Virus record (IMG/VR): IMGVR_UViG_3300035182_002389 | Span: 32,001-96,000 of that record | DNA from: a virus | Taxonomy: Duplodnaviria; Caudoviricetes | Strand: one strand, 5' to 3' | Length of the DNA stretch: 64,000 nt | In this document: one piece after another, positions 1 through 8,831 of the stretch | Layout of the letters: the number at the start of each line of letters is the position of its first letter | Numbering within the stretch: position 1 is the first letter of the stretch | Program-made: the position numbers and the translations under genes | The notes under the pieces: model-generated | Seen by the model: only the letters and a program-made list of their open reading frames with translations | What the model was told of the DNA's origin: nothing | The model's database searches: none

Positions 1-1
1 G

Positions 2-100
2 TCGAAAGTCGCGGTCGAGAACCGTCGCATCGTCTGCTTCTCCGTTCCAAACTCGACGCTCGTGGTGCGCCGCAAAGGACACGTCAGCGTGCAGGGAAAC
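2..100 (+). mobile_element. Intein C-terminal splicing region (blocks F/G)
   Basis: ...IVCFSVPNSTLVVRRKGHVSVQGN|C: terminal Asn followed by Cys+1, after which the extein motif KHGMHLVRL resumes. Confidence 0.75.
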
Positions 101-388
101 TGCAAGCACGGCATGCACCTCGTGCGACTCATGTGGACGTGTCGCGACCTGCTTACGACGGGTGAGTACATCGTCCGCCGCCCCGACGCCGAAGTGCTGC
201 TCACGATTCGCAACGGCGCGTGGAGCTACGACAAGCTCATCGAGTTCGCCGAGGCCGAAGACAAGACGCTCACCGAGCTTGCGAAGACGTGCACGATCTT
301 GCCGAAGGAGCCTCCGCGAAAGCAGCTCAACGAGCTGTGCGCCGGGCTCATCGAGGAGTTCAACGTCGAGATCATGCAGGGGCGGTGA
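2..388 (+). CDS. 5'-truncated RlaP-like predicted nucleotidyltransferase (C-terminal part), preceded by the C-terminal end of an intein
   Basis: Frame open from base 2. CKHGMHLVRL...TGEYIVRRPDAEVLLTIRNGAWSYDKL matches the C-terminus of phage RlaP/DNA pol beta-like nucleotidyltransferases. Confidence 0.7.
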   Translation, partial: SKVAVENRRIVCFSVPNSTLVVRRKGHVSVQGNCKHGMHLVRLMWTCRDLLTTGEYIVRRPDAEVLLTIRNGAWSYDKLIEFAEAEDKTLTELAKTCTILPKEPPRKQLNELCAGLIEEFNVEIMQGR

Positions 389-750
389 TGGTAACCGACA
401 CCTACACGCCCATCCCGCAAATGGTCGGCGCGATCTTCTTCACCGCGTGCCGAACGAAGAAGCGCCTGCGGCTCGACGGGGACGTCTGGCACGCCCTGTT
501 GTCTGGCGCTGAAGAAGGCAGCGGCAACGACGTCAGTATCGATCTGGAAGACGTGAGCGGGGATCTCAACGATCTCCTCGACTCGCCCATCACGCTCGCG
601 GAAGAGGCGGCGCGCGAAGGTGAGGACAAGGCATCGTCGTGGACCTTCTACCGGATCGGCACGGCGAAAGGGATCGTCACGCTCCGCTTCTGGGGCGAGT
701 CGAACGGGTACTACAGCACCGCCGCGGACGTATCCGTGTGGCGAACGTGA
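388..750 (+). CDS. Conserved phage hypothetical protein
   Basis: ATG overlaps the upstream stop; LEDVSGDLNDLLDSPI...SWTFYRIGTAKGIVTLRFWGESNGYYS resembles a widespread phage family. Confidence 0.7.
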   Translation: MVTDTYTPIPQMVGAIFFTACRTKKRLRLDGDVWHALLSGAEEGSGNDVSIDLEDVSGDLNDLLDSPITLAEEAAREGEDKASSWTFYRIGTAKGIVTLRFWGESNGYYSTAADVSVWRT

Positions 751-784
751 AGGGGTCAATCATGAACGTGAAGGGGTCAATCAT
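743..784 (+). repeat. 21-bp exact tandem duplication
   Basis: GAACGTGAAGGGGTCAATCAT x2, spanning a stop codon, RBS and start. Confidence 0.9.
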
Positions 785-1433
785 GAGCGCGAAGGTCAAC
801 GTTCGAGAGATGGACGCTCGTTACCGTCGCTACGAGTGGGGCTGCGGGGAGCTGGTCGAGGGGCTCACCGCCGACGAGATCAACGTCTGCTACTGCGACT
901 GGAGCGGCTTCTGCCACGAGTCCATCGACAGCGGCAACCACTACAGGCGAATCTCGGGCGGCTGGACGCCGTGGGGCGTCTACGATCGCGTCGAGCGCCC
1001 CTTTGCGGAGGGCATCGAGTGCATCCGTCGGGGCACGCGCTTCAGCGAGCTGTACAACAAGCACTCGCGGGCTCGTTGCAGCGAAGGCTACACGAGCTTC
1101 ATCTTCCAGCCCGAGGTCGACACCGAAGCGCAGATTCGTGAGGGCGTCATCGAGATGCCGAACCTGCACCCCGTGCTGAAGGATCGCCTGCTCTACACGC
1201 TCGACATCGCGACGGGCAAGAAGGGAGGGTTCTACGCGACGCCCTCGCTCTGGGAGGAGACGCAAAACGCCGAGGGCGTCTTCTGCGACCGGATCGTGGA
1301 GCTTCATGGCGACGGCGCCTCGTTCGATCCCGCGCTGATTCGCGCGGGCATCGAGACCTCCCCGTTCCTCACCGAGAAGGCGCGCGAGAACCTCCTCTAC
1401 AACCTCGGCAACTTCGAGAGGAAGAGTGCGTGA
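783..1433 (+). CDS. Hypothetical protein
   Basis: GC3-biased codons, coupled to the next gene. Confidence 0.65.
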   Translation: MSAKVNVREMDARYRRYEWGCGELVEGLTADEINVCYCDWSGFCHESIDSGNHYRRISGGWTPWGVYDRVERPFAEGIECIRRGTRFSELYNKHSRARCSEGYTSFIFQPEVDTEAQIREGVIEMPNLHPVLKDRLLYTLDIATGKKGGFYATPSLWEETQNAEGVFCDRIVELHGDGASFDPALIRAGIETSPFLTEKARENLLYNLGNFERKSA

Positions 1434-1882
1434 TGCTCAAGAAGTTCTTCTCGACCGTGAGCGCCGAAATGTTCATGGACTCGGCCGGGCGATACGTCTT
1501 CCCCTTTGCCTCGGGCAGCAAGATGATGTGGGGCATCGAGCTTGCCGTTCGAGGGATCAAGGAGGACGACGACGTTGGTCCCCTGACGACGTTCTCGGAC
1601 CTGCTCGTCTTCGCGTACGGGCATACGAACGATCGCCGATACCGTGAAGGTCTCGGCGCGAAGGTGTTTCACATCCCGGGGCCGACGCGCGAGCTGGCGG
1701 GCTACGCCGGCCTCTACCGCGGGCAGAAGGCCTTCCTCGAATGCGTGAAGCGCGTCTCCGTCTGCGAGGACCACAACCTCCCCGTGATGCTCGCAGAGCC
1801 CCTGCAAGAGCACCGCTGCCTCGTCATCGGCCCCGTCGCCTCTCTCGGATGCGACGCGTACTTCTCGGATGAAGAGCCATGA
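1433..1882 (+). CDS. Hypothetical protein
   Basis: TGATG overlap, coding-like codon usage. Confidence 0.6.
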   Translation: MLKKFFSTVSAEMFMDSAGRYVFPFASGSKMMWGIELAVRGIKEDDDVGPLTTFSDLLVFAYGHTNDRRYREGLGAKVFHIPGPTRELAGYAGLYRGQKAFLECVKRVSVCEDHNLPVMLAEPLQEHRCLVIGPVASLGCDAYFSDEEP

Positions 1883-2114
1883 GCGGGGGCAAAGGCGCAA
1901 GCCTTACCACTGGTATTGGGACTTCCTCTGGCACGCGCACCCGCCGGCCATCGGCGTGTACGGCAACAGCTACCAGAACGTTCTCGCGACCTTCCCTGCC
2001 GACGATGCGGGTTTCAGGGCCGCCGACAAGTTGCTCGACGATCTGCGTTCCGGTCGGACCCGTGAGAAGGTCGTGCTCAACGACTCCCTCAAAGCGATGA
2101 TGAGGATTTCGTGA
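1869..2114 (+). CDS. Hypothetical protein
   Basis: Fits the gene chain; GTGA overlap with the next gene. Confidence 0.5.
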   Translation: MKSHERGQRRKPYHWYWDFLWHAHPPAIGVYGNSYQNVLATFPADDAGFRAADKLLDDLRSGRTREKVVLNDSLKAMMRIS

Positions 2115-2845
2115 TCGTGCACATCCTCCTCATCGTCCTCTGCGCCGTCTCGTACGTCCTCATCGGCTACATGACGGCCGACTTCTTCAAGCAGCTCGCG
2201 CCGCCGCCGCCCTCACGCAAGGCGGCGGCCAAGCGCGGCGCCCCGGCCATCGAAGCGCCGAACCTCTTCATGGTTCGCACGGCCGCGCACGAGGCCGGCC
2301 ACGCCCTGCTCGCGCTCTCGACGACCGCCGTTGCGCGCGTGACGGGCATCCGTGTCGACGACGACGGGCTCGCGGGCGTGATGAACTACCGCAAATCGCA
2401 CCTCGTCTACCTCGACGAGAGCCCGCGGGCGCTCTGGTGCTTGCTCGTGATCGATCTCGGCGGCATGGTCGCTGAGATGATGGTGTGCGGTTCGGTGAAG
2501 ACCAACCCGTGCCGCGACGATCTGCTCTCGGCGCGCGCCTACGCGAAACAGATCGTCGACGTCTCGACGCTCGGCCGCTTTCCGTGGTCGAGGCCGCGGC
2601 GCACCAAGGCGCCCGATTTCCACCGCATGTTCGAGGGCGGCTTGCCCGAGGTCGAGCACGAGGTGATGAGCCTCGCCTACGGCCTCGCGTGGGACCTCTT
2701 GGAACGCCGCCGTGAGCAGCTCGACGAACTTGCCGCGCTGCTCGCACACAAGAAGGTGCTCAGCGAGCACGAGGTCGAGCAGTGGTTTGGCAACCGCAAC
2801 CTCTTGCTCGGCCTCGGCAAGATCATCGGCCATCGGTTCGTGTGA
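2111..2845 (+). CDS. Membrane-anchored M41 (FtsH-type) zinc peptidase domain without AAA domain
   Basis: N-terminal TM helix; AAHEAGHA (HExxH), LGGMVAE and DDLLSA motifs. Confidence 0.7.
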   Translation: MIVHILLIVLCAVSYVLIGYMTADFFKQLAPPPPSRKAAAKRGAPAIEAPNLFMVRTAAHEAGHALLALSTTAVARVTGIRVDDDGLAGVMNYRKSHLVYLDESPRALWCLLVIDLGGMVAEMMVCGSVKTNPCRDDLLSARAYAKQIVDVSTLGRFPWSRPRRTKAPDFHRMFEGGLPEVEHEVMSLAYGLAWDLLERRREQLDELAALLAHKKVLSEHEVEQWFGNRNLLLGLGKIIGHRFV

Positions 2846-2853
2846 GGAGCGCC

Positions 2854-2985
2854 ATGCACCTGCATCGAGAAATGTCGGCCTGCAAAACCTGCCAGCGATA
2901 CGCCGCCGCGATGGCGGTCTTGATCGTGGTCTTGGCCGCCCTCGCCGTCCTCTCCGCCGTCTACCCCAACGCGACGTTCCCGTAG
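2854..2985 (+). CDS. Small membrane protein
   Basis: GAGGAG RBS, hydrophobic stretch. Confidence 0.5.
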   Translation: MHLHREMSACKTCQRYAAAMAVLIVVLAALAVLSAVYPNATFP

Positions 2986-2997
2986 AGGAGCTTGTCG

Positions 2998-3252
2998 ATG
3001 AAGCATGAAGCGCGAGGCTCCGGCCTCCTTCGGCAAGAGTGGTTCTCGGTCTGCTCGCGGCACAGGGCGCCTCACGAGGATTGCACGCTGTGCGATCAGG
3101 GCGAGTGGAAGTACGTCGCGTGGCTCGAAATCGAGCATGGCCTCTTCAGGCTCTCGCCGAGGCTGTGGAAGGCGTGGGCGAACCGGCCCTATCTGAACCC
3201 GAGCCGACGCTTCCTCGAAAGCGTGTTCCCCGGCCTGCGCAACAAGAGGTGA
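2998..3252 (+). CDS. Hypothetical protein
   Basis: GGAG RBS, in the gene chain. Confidence 0.55.
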   Translation: MKHEARGSGLLRQEWFSVCSRHRAPHEDCTLCDQGEWKYVAWLEIEHGLFRLSPRLWKAWANRPYLNPSRRFLESVFPGLRNKR

Positions 3253-3256
3253 CGAG

Positions 3257-3358
3257 ATGGACAGCGGCCTCTTCAACATCTTCCTCGTGGGCGGCGTGCT
3301 CATCGGCACGCTCACCCACACCATCTGGACCACGTACCGACAAGGACCCGCGAAATGA
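3257..3358 (+). CDS. Small membrane peptide (33 aa)
   Basis: MDSGLFNIFLVGGVLIGTL..., GAGG RBS, ATGA overlap with the next gene; not in the ORF track. Confidence 0.45.
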   Translation: MDSGLFNIFLVGGVLIGTLTHTIWTTYRQGPAK

Positions 3359-3882
3359 GCTACACGGCCCTCTGGTGGACCATCGGCATCCAAACGATCG
3401 TCATCATCGTCTACGACATCCTTTTGCGCGGCGCGAAGAAGGCCGGCGCGAAACAGGCCGTGAAGGAGCTGACGAAGGTCGAGGTTGTCGCAACGAGCCT
3501 CAACGACCTCGCAAAGCAGGTCCATGACCTGTCGTCGAGCAAGGGGTGGTGGGATGACCAGAAGGACAGCGAAGGCGTCCTCATCTACGACGAGGTCTGC
3601 GAGCAGGTCCCGCTCAAGCTCGTGCTCATCCACTCCGAGACGTCCGAGGCCGTCGAGGTCTACCGCGAGACCAAAGACCTCGCGGAGCTGCGCAAATCAA
3701 AGTTCGTCCTCGACAAGAACGGCGCCATGAAGCCCGTCGGATTTGACTCCGAGATTTCCGACGTGCTGATCCGCGCGCTCGACCTCACACACGCGCTCGG
3801 CATCGACATCGACAAGGCCGTCTCAGACAAGCACGCCTACAACCAGACCCGCGCGCATCGCCACGGCGGCAAGAGGGCGTAG
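3355..3882 (+). CDS. MazG-like all-alpha NTP pyrophosphatase
   Basis: LIHSETSEAVE...SEISDVLIRALDL...KHAYNQTRAHRHGGK. Confidence 0.75.
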   Translation: MSYTALWWTIGIQTIVIIVYDILLRGAKKAGAKQAVKELTKVEVVATSLNDLAKQVHDLSSSKGWWDDQKDSEGVLIYDEVCEQVPLKLVLIHSETSEAVEVYRETKDLAELRKSKFVLDKNGAMKPVGFDSEISDVLIRALDLTHALGIDIDKAVSDKHAYNQTRAHRHGGKRA

Positions 3883-3888
3883 AGACGC

Positions 3889-3903
3889 GGCTTGTTGTAA
3901 GTC
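3889..3903. promoter_or_regulatory. Palindromic box GRCTT-N5-AAGYC
   Basis: GGCTTGTTGTAAGTC, intergenic. Confidence 0.6.
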
Positions 3904-4007
3904 GAACAGGCTGTGCTGCGCATCCTGTTTTGCGCAGCGTATGCCGCGTAAGCCGGCCATTTGGCAAGTCGCTTGCCGCGGGCCCCACACAGGAAGAGGA
4001 TCTCGCC

Positions 4008-4349
4008 ATGCTCAAGGACGGCGCCGAGAACATCACGGTCAGCTTCAAGACGGAGGGTTCCGTCACCGCCGACGAGCTTGCACAGCTCGTCAAGGATTCG
4101 CCTTCGGGCATGGCGGGAGGCCAGGCGGGAGGCTGGAGCATCGTCTTCACGCGGCCTGGCTACAAGGCAAAGGCCGAGACGATCCACTACTGGTGCTTCT
4201 CGGCCCGCCGCATCGAGCAGGACGAGCCCTCGACGGAAGACCTGATGTTCATCCAGGGGTTCATCCGCAGCCTCGGCGGCCCCGACGTGCCGGGTGCGAC
4301 GACGACGCCGGGCGGCTGGTACTGGACGTGGGCGGTCGGCGGCGACTGA
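4008..4349 (+). CDS. Hypothetical protein
   Basis: GAGGA RBS. Confidence 0.6.
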   Translation: MLKDGAENITVSFKTEGSVTADELAQLVKDSPSGMAGGQAGGWSIVFTRPGYKAKAETIHYWCFSARRIEQDEPSTEDLMFIQGFIRSLGGPDVPGATTTPGGWYWTWAVGGD

Positions 4350-4490
4350 ATCCCGCCAAAGGCGACTGAATCCCGCCAAAGGCGCCCGATCCCGCGCCGA
4401 AGGCGCGCCCGATCCCGCGTCGAAGGCGCGCCCGGTCCCGGTCCCGATCGCCCGGCCCCGGCCCCGGTCCCCGAGACGAGACGAGACGAA
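4341..4490. repeat. 20-bp tandem duplication plus GAA/AAA-triloop hairpins in (TCCCGG)-like repeats
   Basis: GGCGACTGAATCCCGCCAAA x2, CGCGCC-GAA-GGCGCG, (GAGAC)n. Confidence 0.8.
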
Positions 4491-4495
4491 AAGGA

Positions 4496-4561
4496 CGACC
4501 TTCGGTCGAGCACGGGCTTTGCCCGAGGACGCGCCTTCGGCGCGAGGACGGCCTTCGGCCG
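4496..4561. repeat. Four-hairpin triloop array, copy 1
   Basis: CGACC-TTC-GGTCG AGCA CGGGC-TTT-GCCCG AGGA CGCGCC-TTC-GGCGCG AGGA CGGCC-TTC-GGCCG. Confidence 0.9.
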
Positions 4562-4581
4562 AGGAAGGGAGAAGCGAGCCC

Positions 4582-4857
4582 GTGAAACGACAAGGCATCG
4601 ACTACATCCGGCCCTACATCGTCATCACGCGCGACCACGCCGAGGCCTTGTTCCCGGAGTGGCCGACACTTGTCGACGGGTGTGGCAAGGCCATCCTCGA
4701 CATGGGCGGCCCTGTCATCCTCCGCATTCACGAGCCTCGCGCGAAGGATAGGGGGCGCCACCACTTCACCTTCGAGGCCCCCTCGAACAACAAGACCCTC
4801 ACGATGTGGCGGTCGAGAGACGAGGTCGCCACCGCGGCCTTCAAGAACCCGCCGTGA
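4582..4857 (+). CDS. Hypothetical protein
   Basis: GTG start after the hairpin array. Confidence 0.5.
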   Translation: MKRQGIDYIRPYIVITRDHAEALFPEWPTLVDGCGKAILDMGGPVILRIHEPRAKDRGRHHFTFEAPSNNKTLTMWRSRDEVATAAFKNPP

Positions 4858-5033
4858 GCGGCCCCATTCCCATCACGAAGTACGTCGACGGCAAGAAGGT
4901 TCCCTGCTGCCCGTACTGCGACGAGGCTCCGCTCGACGCTCGCAAACCGTCGAAGGATGGCAGCGTGCTCTGGGACTGCTGCGGATGCCTCGGCGTCTGG
5001 TTGTTTCGAGAAGGCTACTGGATCGCATTCTGA
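4854..5033 (+). CDS. Small zinc-ribbon protein
   Basis: CPYC...CCGC. Confidence 0.5.
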   Translation: MSGPIPITKYVDGKKVPCCPYCDEAPLDARKPSKDGSVLWDCCGCLGVWLFREGYWIAF

Positions 5034-5044
5034 GAGGATTCGAG

Positions 5045-5722
5045 ATGATCATCGTAGAGCCCAGCGTCGTGATCGATGGCCCCGTGGACGGGGCCAAGAT
5101 GCTCCGCGATCTCGAATGGATCGCGCGCCACTGCTACAAGAGCGAAGGGCTCATCTGCGAGGGCAGCGCAGAGAAGATGGCGAAGAAGCTCTTCGAGAGC
5201 GACCCGCCCCACGTCGCCATGGGCGATCACATCACCCTGCGCTGCGTCTTCATCTGCGACCGCGGCGTCTCGCACGAGATGGTCCGCCACAAGATCGGCG
5301 TCGCCTTCGCGCAAGAGTCGACCCGCTACTGCAACTACAGCAAGGACAAGTTCGAGCGGCAGATCACGGTCATCCGTCCGCCGAACCTCAAGCGGCCCGA
5401 GCGATGGGAGAAGGCCATGCGAGACGCCGAAGAGGCGTACATGGAGATGCTCGACGCGGGCGACCCTCCCGAGATCGCGCGCTCGGTGTTGCCGAACGCG
5501 ACCAAGACCGAGGTCGTCTGCACGCACAACATCACGGCCTGGCGCCACATCTTCAACCAGCGGGCGGTGAGCAAGCGCGCGCACCCGCAGATGCGTCAGG
5601 TGATGGCGCCGCTGCTCTCGTGGTGCCGAGAGACGATCCCCGTCCTCTTCAACGACCGCGTCCCTGCGCCGCTCCCGGAGGGCGTGAAGCCCGCGATCGT
5701 CACCGTGGAGTGCCGGGAATGA
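5045..5722 (+). CDS. thyX: FAD-dependent thymidylate synthase ThyX
   Basis: CDRGVSHEMVRHK...AQESTRYCNYS, ARSVLPNA, WRHIFNQR...AHPQMR. Confidence 0.92.
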   Translation: MIIVEPSVVIDGPVDGAKMLRDLEWIARHCYKSEGLICEGSAEKMAKKLFESDPPHVAMGDHITLRCVFICDRGVSHEMVRHKIGVAFAQESTRYCNYSKDKFERQITVIRPPNLKRPERWEKAMRDAEEAYMEMLDAGDPPEIARSVLPNATKTEVVCTHNITAWRHIFNQRAVSKRAHPQMRQVMAPLLSWCRETIPVLFNDRVPAPLPEGVKPAIVTVECRE

Positions 5723-6126
5723 GCGACCGCGAGGAGATGCGCAAGAACCCGTGGATCTTTCACGTCTTTCCTCCGAAGGTCGAGACGTGCACGGTGTGCG
5801 GCGGCTGCAAGTGTCAGAACCACCCGAAGATGCTCGTCTACCTCGACGGGCCGAGCTGGTCGCGCGAGCAGATGGTGCCTCCAGGCACAACGGTGCAAGA
5901 GCTGTCGGACTGGTGCGACAAGCTCCCTCACGTTCGACCTTTCCCGGTCCCCTGGGAAGGCATCGAGCGCCTTCACGCCGTCCTCAACGGCTTGCGGCAA
6001 GTCGTGCCCCCGGACGACGAGCTTCAGGCCATGGGGTTCGAGGTCGAGGGGCTCCTCGTCATCGTCGTGCCTCACAAGGCCGCGCGCCGGCCGATCTCGC
6101 CGCCCACCGTGAGCCCCTTGAACTGA
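5719..6126 (+). CDS. Hypothetical protein
   Basis: ATGA overlap with thyX; CxxC motifs. Confidence 0.55.
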   Translation: MSDREEMRKNPWIFHVFPPKVETCTVCGGCKCQNHPKMLVYLDGPSWSREQMVPPGTTVQELSDWCDKLPHVRPFPVPWEGIERLHAVLNGLRQVVPPDDELQAMGFEVEGLLVIVVPHKAARRPISPPTVSPLN

Positions 6127-6127
6127 G

Positions 6128-6340
6128 ATGGACGCGAGGACCGCTTGGATCTTCGCGGGCGCAGTGTGGTGCTGCACCCTGCTCAGCATCGGCGTTACGC
6201 GGCTCTTGATCTGGAGGCTGCGCAAGAAGGTCGTCAGGCTCGAAAAGGCCGCCGCCCTGCACGACGAATGGTCGAAATCGAGGAAGGCGTCCGACAAAGG
6301 GACGCGCGTCCTCGACCTCGACCTTCACGACGAAGGCTAG
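6128..6340 (+). CDS. Small membrane protein
   Basis: N-terminal TM helix. Confidence 0.55.
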   Translation: MDARTAWIFAGAVWCCTLLSIGVTRLLIWRLRKKVVRLEKAAALHDEWSKSRKASDKGTRVLDLDLHDEG

Positions 6341-6672
6341 TCGCGGTCTCGGAGCGCGCCGAGGACCGAGTAGGCCGCGCCGGCTGCGAGGCGGTCCATG
6401 TTCTCTTGGTGGCGGGCCTCTGGAGTCATCGAAGCGAGGCGGGTCTGGTCCTTGTTCCACATCCAGATGCCGACGCCCACCAGGCCGACCACGAGACCGC
6501 CGACGAGCAGGGTGCCGGTCGTGATCCCGGTCTGCTGCGGGGGCGCGGCATAGCCGATGGGCTGCGTGAACTGCGGGTCAGCGACGGGGACGACGGGAGC
6601 AACGACCGCTCCGGTGGAGGCGTTGCAAAGGAGGGGGCGACGGTACGGAGCGGCCATGGGCGGATCGTACAT
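6337..6672 (-). CDS. Membrane-anchored protein, possibly virion-associated
   Basis: STGA motif and TM segment LLVGGLVVGLVGVGIWMWNK. Confidence 0.55.
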   Translation of the reverse strand: MYDPPMAAPYRRPLLCNASTGAVVAPVVPVADPQFTQPIGYAAPPQQTGITTGTLLVGGLVVGLVGVGIWMWNKDQTRLASMTPEARHQENMDRLAAGAAYSVLGALRDRD

Positions 6673-6730
6673 GGCGTGAGATGACGCGACAACCGCGTCT
6701 ACGGGCAGGCGGCAGGAAAGGCGGGTGGCG

Positions 6731-8781
6731 ATGCTGAGTCGAATCACAGCGCAGCGCAAAAGGCGCTGTTTTATGGTCTACGACATGGAGTGGATCCCGG
6801 GCCAGTTGGAGGTCCGTCTCCTCGGCCTGTACGACGGCGACCGATACCGCGCGTTCCACAAGGTCGACGACTTCCTCAACGCGGTGCTGGTGCGTGAGAA
6901 CGCGGACAAATGGCTCTACGCCCACTACGGCGGCATGGCCGACGCGCAGTTCCTCCTCCAGCGCCTCGCCTCGCGCGCGGACGAGGGCTTTCAGATCGAC
7001 GCGTCCTTCTCGGGCTCGTCGGCCATCATCATCCACGTCACGCGCGGCGAGCTGAGCTGGCACTTCATCGACAGCTTCTGGCTGCTGCGCGATCGGCTCT
7101 CGAAGATCGGCGAAGCGGTCGGCCTCGAAAAGATGGGCGAAGAGTACGCCTGCGACAACTTCCCGAACTGCGGACACGTCGACAGCAACGAGATGAAGTA
7201 TCTCGATCCCTGCTCGTGCACGCACTCCTATGGAGCGCACGACAAGCAGCCGGGCACCAAGGACCTCGCGTGCCTCGCGTGCGGGTGCAGGAAATACGAC
7301 GGCGATCACCCCTACGCGATGTGCGTCTTCTGGGCGCCGATCGCCGAGCTGACGACGTACAACGAACGCGACTGCGTCATCTTGTACAAGGCCATCGAGC
7401 GCTTCGAGCAGACGCTGCTCGATCTCGGCGGCCAGCTCCAGATGACGATTGCCTCGTGCGCGATGCACCTCTTTCGTCGCAAGTACCTCCAAGACGACAT
7501 TCGCACCGTCGCCGCCGTCAACGGGTGGGCTCGAAAGGCCTACACGTCTTCACGCGTGGAGGTGTTCCAGACCCACTGTGAGAACGCTCACTATTTTGAC
7601 CTGAACTCGTCTTTTCCGTTCGCGATGACATTTGACTGTCCTGGCAACGTGAAGAAGATGCGCGCGAAGAAGCTGCCTCCCTACGGCAGCATCTACATCG
7701 CCGAGTGCGAGATCATCGTGCCCGAGATGTACCTGCCGCCGCTGCCGTTCCGGCACGACGGGCGCGTCTTCTTCCCGACGGGCACGTGGACGAGCTGGTT
7801 CTCGAACATCGACCTGGAGCTGCTTCAGAAGCGCGGCGGACGAATCGTGAAGGTGATTCAGTCCATCGAGTTCGAGAAGCAATCCTCTCTTCGCGAGTAC
7901 GCGATCGACATCTATGCAAAGAGAAAAGCCGCGACGACGAGCTACGAAAAGCTCATCCTCAAGTATCTGTTGAATAGCCTTGGGGGCGGGATGCGGATGG
8001 CGCCCTTGGCCGCATCCCGAGCCCCCTCTGGCGCCCATAGGAACTCTACGGAAAGTTCGGCGAGCGCACCGAGAAGACCTCGATGCTGCTCCATCCAACG
8101 TCGACCGACTGTCCTCACACGCCGAAGCATCGGTGCGACAGTTGGCCCATCTGCCCGCACGCCATCGAAGGCGTCGAGTGCAACCTCTGCATCCAGATGC
8201 TGTTCCCTGGGTGTTTGCTCGTCACCAACGAGGTCGAGCTGGCGCACGAGTGGGTGCCCATCGCGGTCCACATCACGGCCACCGCCCGCAAGAACCTCGA
8301 AGGTCACCTCTGGAATGCGCAGGAGGACATCTACTACTGCGACACCGACAGCGTCATCACGACCGTGCAGCTCCCGAGCGATCCGACCACCCTCGGCGCG
8401 CTCAAGCTCGAAGACGAGATCCGTAAGGGCGAGTTCATCGCCTGCAAAATCTACGCGGTCGAAGTCATCGACGAGAAGACTGGCCACGGTCACTGGAAGA
8501 CCAAAGCAAAAGGCTTCTCCAAGATGAACTACAGCAAGTTCGTCGACGTGAAGCTCGGCAACGACATCAAGCTCGCGCGCATGACGCGCATCCGCGAGCT
8601 GTATCGAAAGGGCAAGATCGTCCCCGAGGAGAACATCGTCGCCAAACGCCTCGTGCAGAAGTGCATGGCGAAGCGCTGCATGCTCCCGTCGGGACAAAGC
8701 CGCCCTTGGACGATCGAGGAAATCCAGAGAAACCGCATGGATCTCGGCATCGACATCGATCCCATGATCCTGTCGGATTGA
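6731..8781 (+). CDS. polB: Family B DNA polymerase of protein-primed type, split by a 65-nt insert (segments 6731-7981 and 8047-8781)
   Basis: Exo YDME / HFIDSFWLL / YNERDC; motif A YFDLNSSFPFAM; motif B KYLLNS+LYGKFG across the break; motif C YCDTDS; KAKG. Confidence 0.9.
7982..8046 (+). other. 65-nt structured intervening sequence in polymerase motif B
   Basis: Removal restores the frame and NSLYGKFG; perfect 10-bp stem 7987-7996/8010-8019 plus G5/C5. Confidence 0.85.
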
Positions 8782-8831
8782 CGTTCGCCCTGGGCGACAC
8801 ATATTACGCAGATCCGCAAAAGGCTGAACCG

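Noticed and set aside
7976-8040. Group I intron reading (exon ends in U, intron ends in G)
   Set aside because: It would give NELYG instead of NSLYG, and 65 nt cannot hold a group I core.
8030-8060. Simple -1 programmed frameshift to join the polymerase halves
   Set aside because: No X XXY YYZ slippery site. The TAG at 8038 restricts the shift to a few bases, and it would leave about 21 extra residues inside catalytic motif B.
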